Assembly (NCBI GenBank): GCA_965215185.1
Contig: OZ244034.1
Coordinates: forward strand, 2,016,001 to 2,080,000
Length of the DNA: 64,000 nt
DNA from: Acidimicrobiia bacterium
Lineage (GTDB): Bacteria > Actinomycetota > Acidimicrobiia > Spongiisociales > ZC4RG35
Reading direction: 5' to 3'
Shown here: positions 57,689 to 64,000 of the stretch, in pieces
Position numbering within the stretch: position 1 is the stretch's first letter
How the letters are laid out: each line of letters begins with the position of its first letter
Made by a program: the position numbers and the translations under genes
The notes under the pieces: generated by a model
Database searches by the model: none
Told to the model about the DNA's origin: nothing
Seen by the model: the letters and a program-made list of their open reading frames with translations, nothing else

Positions 57689-58696
57689 TCAGGGAACGAG
57701 GACGGCCCGACCCGTGATGCGGCCCGAGGCCAGATCGGAGAGCGCCTGGTTGGCCTGGTCGAGGGGGTATCTGGTTACCCGGGGAACCAGCTTGCCCGAT
57801 AGCGCCAGGTCGGTTACCTCCACCAGATCGCGATAGCTTCCCACATAGGCCCCTTCGATCTTCTTCTCGCCTCCCACCAGATCGAAGATGGGGACCCGAA
57901 GGGTTCCACCCACGCCCACCGCCACGTAGTGGCCGCCGAATCCCAGCAGATTGATACCGGCCGCCGCCGTCTCATCCGAGCCGACGAAGTCCAGCACCGC
58001 TGCCGGTTGACTCTTCCCCAGCAAGCAAGTGAGCTTCTCAGGTTGCACCCCCGCTGCGGCGCCACACTCCTCGGCGAGAGCCAGGGCGTCTGCTCTCACG
58101 TCGGTAGCCACCACCCTGGCCGGGGAGATCGCCGCCAGGATCTGTATGGCCAGATGCCCGAGTCCCCCCGCTCCAAAGACCACCACGGTGTCCCCGGGCC
58201 GAAGGTCCAGCTTGGCACAGGCGCGGTAGGCGGCCAGACCGGCGTCGGTGAGAGGTGCCAGGTCGGTGGGATCTACCCCATCCGGCAACTTGACCATGGC
58301 CCGCTCGTGGGAGAGCAGGTGGGTGGCGAATCCTCCCGGAGCGTTTATGCCGGGAGTGACTCGATCGGGCGCCCACTGGTCGAGGCCGTCTCGCTCAGGG
58401 TCGCTCCGACCGTCCGAGATGAAGGGATAGCACAGCACCGGATCGCCGGCTTTCACCGTTGCGACCCGGCTCCCCACCGCCTCCACGAAACCGGCGTTTT
58501 CGTGGCCCAGCACATGGGGAAGATCCACTGTGATCTCACCAGCCAGAATGTGCAACTCCGTGCGGCAAACCCCGGCGCCGGCCATCCGGACCACCACATC
58601 GTGAGGTCCCTCTGGCTCGGGTCGAGGCACTTCAGCCATTTCTACAAGGTCCCCGGCAAGATCGGGAACCAGCCTGCGCATCAGGGCCGCTCGCAT
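57689..58696 (-). CDS. Zinc-dependent alcohol dehydrogenase (MDR)
   Basis: AGVCRTELH, LGHENAG, DAGLAAYRA, GAGGLGH, GRAVLVP; ATG 58696 after GAAGG. Confidence 0.85.
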   Translation of the reverse strand: MRAALMRRLVPDLAGDLVEMAEVPRPEPEGPHDVVVRMAGAGVCRTELHILAGEITVDLPHVLGHENAGFVEAVGSRVATVKAGDPVLCYPFISDGRSDPERDGLDQWAPDRVTPGINAPGGFATHLLSHERAMVKLPDGVDPTDLAPLTDAGLAAYRACAKLDLRPGDTVVVFGAGGLGHLAIQILAAISPARVVATDVRADALALAEECGAAAGVQPEKLTCLLGKSQPAAVLDFVGSDETAAAGINLLGFGGHYVAVGVGGTLRVPIFDLVGGEKKIEGAYVGSYRDLVEVTDLALSGKLVPRVTRYPLDQANQALSDLASGRITGRAVLVP

Positions 58697-58855
58697 CAAA
58701 CCTTCCCCCTTATTAAAGGGCTTATATACGATCCTACACACCCTAGAACGCCTTAACTGCGCCGACATCCGCACCAGACATCGGAGGCGCAAAGGCAAGC
58801 CGGGAAGGATCACCAGACGCAAACAGGGACGGTCGCCGGGTATTGACAGGGGGAG

Positions 58856-58877
58856 TGTCACAGGGCAGGTGTATCTT
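58856..58877 (+). promoter_or_regulatory. PafBC/RecA-NDp-like promoter of jetC
   Basis: TGTCAC-N10-TATCTT 10 nt before ATG 58888; overlaps inverted repeat TGACA-N7-TGTCA (58844-58860). Confidence 0.5.
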
Positions 58878-58887
58878 GCAGAAGTGA

Positions 58888-61800
58888 ATGACAACAGCAA
58901 CACTAATTGAACAGAAGCCTCGAATCCTTTCAGTAAAGGGACACGACCCAACCCCTCCGAATAGGTGGCAACTGAACCGCGGCGGGATTCTCAATGTGTA
59001 CCAGTACGGCGATGAGGTGCTCCAATTCGGCGGCGGGCGCTTGTTACTCCGCGGCACCAACGGTGCGGGGAAAACCATGGCTATGAACATGCTCCTGCCA
59101 TTCCTGCTCGTAGCCCAACTGCGGGGCCTCGATGCCGCAGGAGAGCAGAGCGGCACTCAGGTGCTCAGGTCGTGGATGCTGGACGGGAAGGAGCGCCGGC
59201 AGCCGGGCGGGTATCTGTGGTTGGAGTTTCGCAGGGGCAACGACTTTTTCACATGCGGGTGTGGCCTCAAAGCAAGCAAGTCCACGGGGACAGTGAATCA
59301 CTGGTGGTTTGCCGTAGACCAACGGCCGATATTGGATTTCCCCCTCCAAAAAGACAGCGTACCCCTGTCGGAGGGGCAACTGCGTTCCCTCTTGGAAGGA
59401 GGGCAGGTTTTCAGCGAGCGGCAACGGCCCGACTATCGCCGCCTGATCAACAAGAGGCTGTTCGGAGGTGTGTCCACCGAACAGCACTTTCGGTTGCTCA
59501 ACAGGGTGCGGAACCCACGCGTCGGGGACCGTATAGATATTGAGATACCCCAGTTGCTGAAAGATGCCCTGCCTCAGCTTCGGGATCGGATACTGGATAC
59601 AGTGGCGCGCTCTCTCGATGATTTGGAGGAACGGCGCCGCGAAGTGGTCGGGTTAGAGCAGACGTCGGAGGCGTTGGAGGGCGTGCTGGATGTATACCGC
59701 TCGTACTGCTTCTCGTGGATCGGAGATGCCAGAGACAGGGGGATGTCTCACATTAAGGAGGTGGCCCGCATCGCCAGAGAGCAGGATCGGCGCCAAAGGG
59801 AGGTGGAGGGTGCCATCCGCGAAGTGGAGAAGTTGGAACTGAGTATCGCGGACCTCGACTCGAGCATACTGAACTTATCTTCGACCATCGAGGCATTGAT
59901 GTCCTCCCACGCCTATCGGGGCATCCAAGAACTCGACACCAGGCGCCAACTCGTAGCAAACCACCGCCGAAGGGTCGGGGACGCCGAAATCCGCGTTGAG
60001 AGCGCCGAGGATCGGGTGCAGGGCGACGCTTCTACCCTAAAGGATCGGGAAACCGATGCGCGCCAGGACCTGAATCGGGTCAACCACGGGATCGATGGGA
60101 TAGCGACTATCGGGCAGCGACACGGGGTGGATGGCGATCCTCCAAGTCGGATTCTTCTCCCGAACGCCGGTGCGGAACTTGCTGCCGGGCGCATCTCTGA
60201 AGGTATCGACCGGTTTGACACTGGCATCCAAGCGAGGAAGCGCGGGGTGTCTGAGGTGCGCGCCGAGTTGGAGCGAGTGCGAAAACTCGAAGCGGAAATG
60301 TGCGACATCGAACAGATGTTGCAGGATCGCAAGGCCCAGGCTGAGGAGGCATGGCAACATGCTCGCGGGAGGGCAGAGGAACTCGAAGTCGCCGCTCTGG
60401 AATGGGTGGAACACTCCCGATCATGGAGTAGCCAAGTGGTCGCCGTTCTCGGAGACGCCTCCCCGTGGTCTACCGAACCCGCAAAGGGGGCATCCTCGAT
60501 CTCCACCTTGGAAGAGGTGGATGCCGAAAGGAAGATGCTGGCGGGAGCGATCAACGACTCGATAACAACTCTCCGGAAGGAACTGTCGCTGCTGGAGCGA
60601 GAGTTGTCCGACATCAGGAGATCCAAGAGAGAGGCGCAGGCACTCGCTGACAAGTGGGCCAACCTCACCGAACCCGAACTCCCTCATCCGGCGTGGCAAT
60701 CATCCTCCGATTACTGCTTGGCCGACCTTATTGACTTCTCCCCCTCCCTGTCACCCGCCGAGCAAGCAGGAGTCGAGGCGGCACTCGAGGCATCGGGGCT
60801 ACTCTTTGCCCGGCCGGATGCCCACTCGGTCATCCTCGCCAACGGAGAATTGGTGGCCATCCCATCCACTCCGTCGCCCCGACCACTTAGCCAACTCCTC
60901 TCTGTGCGGATATCCGCACGACTGCGGGATGCGGTAAAGGTCGATGACTTGGAGAATCTCTTGGGATCGCTGTCCACAGATCCATCGGACACCGGCGCAG
61001 CGGCGATCATATCCGCCGATGGCACCTTCCAGGTCGGCTCACTGAGAGGTCGGCACTTCAAGGAATACCCCGAGTTCATCGGCGAGACGACCCGACAAAG
61101 AACCCTTGAGCGAGAAAGGATGGATGCGAACGCTCGCCTTAGGGATATCGAGGCGGAGTTCGCCAAATCAAGGGGCCTCTCGGATAGCCATAAAGATATG
61201 GTGCGCCGACTCGAGGGTATCCGACAGGATCTGCCCGTCAACACCGAGGTTGCGGAGGCCAGTGCTCGTCTTGGTGAGGCGGAGGTAGGGGCGGAGACGA
61301 AAGAGAACCGTCTATCAGAGCAGTCTGAGAGGATGGAGCAGTCCCGGCGGGTGACAGGGGCGGCGCGGGACCGGCTTCGGGCCACCGCTCAAGGATTGTC
61401 GCTTCCCGATGACCCCAAGGGCCTTGATCAGGTGTGGGGCGACTTGGAACTGGCGAACGAGCATCTGAGGGAGGTGCGCCAGTTGTTGGAGAGGCTGGAG
61501 AGAAGCGTGGCTATCAGGAACGACGCCGTGGGCCGCAAGGCTGACTCGGAGAGAGATATGGGCGATGCCCATGATGCTCTGGCTCAGCATCAGGAGGACT
61601 TGCGATCACAGGAGGGTCAACTGTCCACCTTGGAAGAGAGTATCGGAGTGGATGCGAGGGAGATCGCAGACCGGCACCGCCGCCACCAGGATGACCTGGA
61701 AGCCAAGAAATTGAAGATGCGGCAAACAAGGAAGGCTCTAACCGATGCGTTTAGGCGGCGGGCGGATGCGAAGGCTGGCGCCAGCGCCGCCTCGGTCGAG

Positions 61801-62952
61801 AGGGGCCGTCTGGATGAACAGGGTGAGAATCTGGCGCGCACCTTATCGGAGGCGCTGAGTACCCCGGGATTGTGGAAATCTCTCACTGAAGATGCCTATC
61901 CCGCGGAGCAGATGGCCCCACCGATGGGGATACAACGGGTGCTCGCCACCTTGGATGAATATCTCCCCGCCCACTCGGGGGAGCGTGTCGGCGCCGGAGG
62001 GGTCTCCATGTCGGTCATGCGTCGCCGAGACCGGCTCGGGGGTGGATGGGATGTGGAGACCCGGTCGCCGGATGATGCGAACCTTCCCCTCTTGGTTGAG
62101 GTGAACGGTCCGTCAGGGAGGACCACGTTGGCCCGGGCGGTAACCACGGTGCGCCGAGAATACGAGATGGCATCTAGTGCATTGGGGACCGGGCAGGAAG
62201 CGCAGTTGCGCGACCTCCTTCAGGGAGCCATAGCCAAGGAGGTGGCTGAAAGGTCGCATGCCGCCAAGGAATTAGTAGCCAAGATGAGGCGGCACATCCA
62301 GGAACTATCCACCGGCAGTCAGATAGGGGTGGATATCCGGTGGCACATAGACCCGTCCCTTGACGCCGACACCAAGCGCATGGTGGAACTGATGTCTATG
62401 CTCCCTGACACCCGCACCGACGCGGACCATAAGCATCTAACGCTACTACTCAACCAGCACTTGGAGCGGTCCCGGGTCGAATACCCGGAGATCGGATACA
62501 AGCAGGCATTGAGTGAAGCCCTCGACTATAGGAACTGGCACCGCCTGCAAGTGAAGGTCAGGAGGGAGAACGAGCCATACAAGGTACTCGGTCGAAAGAA
62601 CGATCTGTCGGAGGGGGAGAAGAAGTTCGTCACCTACCTCCCACTCTTCGCCGCGGTGGCGGCCTCCTGCGACTCCATCTCGGAGACTTCCGAAGAATAC
62701 GGCATATCCCGTTTCATTCTCCTTGACGACGCCTTCGCCAAGGTTTCGGAGGACAACCACGCTCAATTGTTCGGACTGCTGACGGACCTGGACCTGGACT
62801 GGATAGCCACTAGTGAACGGCTGTGGGGCAACCACGCCACCATTCCCGAATTGGAGATCGTAGAGGTGGTCCGCGACCCCGACTTGAGGACCATCCTCCT
62901 AGAGAAAAACCGGTGGAACGGACGCTCCATAGGTGTACCGTATTATGACTAG
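58888..62952 (+). CDS. jetC: SMC-like ATPase, TIGR02680 family (type II Wadjet JetC)
   Basis: RWQLNRGGILNVYQY, GRLLLRGTNGAGKT Walker A, GYLWLEF, long coiled coils, LDYRNWH, LSEGEK signature, LPLFAA, ILLDDAF Walker B, TSERLWG. Confidence 0.85.
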   Translation: MTTATLIEQKPRILSVKGHDPTPPNRWQLNRGGILNVYQYGDEVLQFGGGRLLLRGTNGAGKTMAMNMLLPFLLVAQLRGLDAAGEQSGTQVLRSWMLDGKERRQPGGYLWLEFRRGNDFFTCGCGLKASKSTGTVNHWWFAVDQRPILDFPLQKDSVPLSEGQLRSLLEGGQVFSERQRPDYRRLINKRLFGGVSTEQHFRLLNRVRNPRVGDRIDIEIPQLLKDALPQLRDRILDTVARSLDDLEERRREVVGLEQTSEALEGVLDVYRSYCFSWIGDARDRGMSHIKEVARIAREQDRRQREVEGAIREVEKLELSIADLDSSILNLSSTIEALMSSHAYRGIQELDTRRQLVANHRRRVGDAEIRVESAEDRVQGDASTLKDRETDARQDLNRVNHGIDGIATIGQRHGVDGDPPSRILLPNAGAELAAGRISEGIDRFDTGIQARKRGVSEVRAELERVRKLEAEMCDIEQMLQDRKAQAEEAWQHARGRAEELEVAALEWVEHSRSWSSQVVAVLGDASPWSTEPAKGASSISTLEEVDAERKMLAGAINDSITTLRKELSLLERELSDIRRSKREAQALADKWANLTEPELPHPAWQSSSDYCLADLIDFSPSLSPAEQAGVEAALEASGLLFARPDAHSVILANGELVAIPSTPSPRPLSQLLSVRISARLRDAVKVDDLENLLGSLSTDPSDTGAAAIISADGTFQVGSLRGRHFKEYPEFIGETTRQRTLERERMDANARLRDIEAEFAKSRGLSDSHKDMVRRLEGIRQDLPVNTEVAEASARLGEAEVGAETKENRLSEQSERMEQSRRVTGAARDRLRATAQGLSLPDDPKGLDQVWGDLELANEHLREVRQLLERLERSVAIRNDAVGRKADSERDMGDAHDALAQHQEDLRSQEGQLSTLEESIGVDAREIADRHRRHQDDLEAKKLKMRQTRKALTDAFRRRADAKAGASAASVERGRLDEQGENLARTLSEALSTPGLWKSLTEDAYPAEQMAPPMGIQRVLATLDEYLPAHSGERVGAGGVSMSVMRRRDRLGGGWDVETRSPDDANLPLLVEVNGPSGRTTLARAVTTVRREYEMASSALGTGQEAQLRDLLQGAIAKEVAERSHAAKELVAKMRRHIQELSTGSQIGVDIRWHIDPSLDADTKRMVELMSMLPDTRTDADHKHLTLLLNQHLERSRVEYPEIGYKQALSEALDYRNWHRLQVKVRRENEPYKVLGRKNDLSEGEKKFVTYLPLFAAVAASCDSISETSEEYGISRFILLDDAFAKVSEDNHAQLFGLLTDLDLDWIATSERLWGNHATIPELEIVEVVRDPDLRTILLEKNRWNGRSIGVPYYD

Positions 62953-64000
62953 CCCCAACCGTGCCAGGGACCTGCTGCGGTACATGACCTCCTCCAAGTG
63001 GGAGGAGTACCGCTCCATCCTCGCGGTGTTCGTAGACCGTCCGGTGCCCGAATTCACTCCAGAGGACATATCTTTGAGGACGGGCATAGACCCAGACACT
63101 GCCCAAGCGAGAATGCAAAACCTCCGAGGATGGGGCAATCTCGCCGAAGCAACTTCCACAAAGAACCCCACCAGTCTCGAAGACTATTATCGCCGGAGCA
63201 GGACCTACCTGATCACCACCTCCGGGCAGGACACCTTTGCGGCGGTCGAAAATGTGCTCGCCAAGGTCGGACGGGTCGATGACCTGCAGCCCGGACGACT
63301 CCGCACCCTGCGAGTCCACTTGGAGAATCTGATCTCGGAATTGGAGAGGGGTGCTGATCCATCCGACACCGTACAGGCTGTATTCGACACGCACCTCCTG
63401 TTCGCCGGCCAACTCAGGAACTTTTCAGCGGAACTCAATGTCTGGCAGAGGCGTTACGACCTCGATGTGGAAGAGGTGCCCATTTTGGCGGACGTGCTGA
63501 TCGGTTACTTCACCCAGCGACTTCAGGAGATTGACCGCGAGGTGCCGCGGGTTTCGCAGAAACTGGAACACCTACAGCCCTTCTTGCCGAAACTGGTGGC
63601 CCGGATGGGGCGGTCCGGCCTGGCGGCGCGGGTGGCCAGCGCCGGATTGGAAAGCGAGATATCCGTGCAGAGGAGGAGGGGCACGAAGATCGAGGATTGG
63701 ATGGACTTGCGATCATGGTTCGTGTCCTCGCGCCGATCTTCGGAGATGGGTCGCATCACCGACCAGGCCTTATTGGCGGTCAATACCCTCACCGCCAACC
63801 TGATTCGCTTCTCTCGAAGCGGCTCGGCGGAGGCCTCGCGCCGCGCTGATTTCCTGCGCCTTGCGGGATTCTTCCACCACTCGGCCACTGATGATCAGGC
63901 TCACTACATAGCGGGAGCGGCTTTCGGCTTGGGTTCGTGCAGGCATCTGGGCTATCCGTCGTCGGACATCGATGACCCCTGCCCGATCACCACTCCTTGG
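62945..64000 (+). CDS. jetA: DUF2397/TIGR02677-family protein (type II Wadjet JetA), truncated by the window end
   Basis: Translated by hand; open from ATG 62945 to the window edge: LLRYMT...EEYRSILAVF, L.GWGNL, DYYRRSRTYLIT..G, W..L.SWF, SRRADFLRLAGFF, AAFGL..CRHL. Overlaps the jetC stop. Confidence 0.85.
   Translation, partial: MTSPNRARDLLRYMTSSKWEEYRSILAVFVDRPVPEFTPEDISLRTGIDPDTAQARMQNLRGWGNLAEATSTKNPTSLEDYYRRSRTYLITTSGQDTFAAVENVLAKVGRVDDLQPGRLRTLRVHLENLISELERGADPSDTVQAVFDTHLLFAGQLRNFSAELNVWQRRYDLDVEEVPILADVLIGYFTQRLQEIDREVPRVSQKLEHLQPFLPKLVARMGRSGLAARVASAGLESEISVQRRRGTKIEDWMDLRSWFVSSRRSSEMGRITDQALLAVNTLTANLIRFSRSGSAEASRRADFLRLAGFFHHSATDDQAHYIAGAAFGLGSCRHLGYPSSDIDDPCPITTPW

Noticed and set aside
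58791-58830. c-di-GMP-I riboswitch-like words (GGCAAGCC...GACGCAAA)
   Set aside because: No convincing P2 stem or GNRA loop, and the words lie upstream of the inferred jetC promoter.
1-64000. tRNA, rRNA, prophage genes and LexA (TCGAAC-N4-GTTCGA) boxes
   Set aside because: None was recognised on reading the intergenic regions; a tRNAscan/Infernal run would be needed to exclude them fully.

Overview
GC-rich bacterial chromosomal segment, most likely an Actinomycetota/Acidimicrobiia-type organism. This is inferred from an F420-dependent Ddn-family reductase, Cys-containing SLH domains, many leaderless TAnnnT promoters and an actinobacterial ISL3 remnant. About 55 CDSs can be supported. They include catabolic hydrolases and oxidoreductases, an Fe3+ ABC transporter, a Fic-HTH gene with duplicated palindromic sites, an aromatic amino-acid decarboxylase/racemase pair, and an 11-subunit complex I operon lacking nuoEFG. 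Also present are betC-betA, a UvrD2-like helicase with two HRDC domains, SLH-anchored VanW and aryl-sulfotransferase proteins, and a decayed ISL3. No rRNA, tRNA or CRISPR array was recognised. The best candidates for something new are: (1) a translationally coupled six-gene operon joining a xanthine-dehydrogenase-family molybdenum hydroxylase (AYRAPG active-site loop) and MoaD to a PfkB kinase and a PsuG-like C-glycosidase with a divergent motif, suggesting a C-nucleoside/nucleobase oxidation pathway; and (2) a type II Wadjet-like locus at the right edge with permuted order (jetC first, then jetA, which the ORF track missed) and a PafBC/RecA-NDp-like promoter shared with the uvrD gene. All family calls rest on motif recognition by eye, not on database searches.
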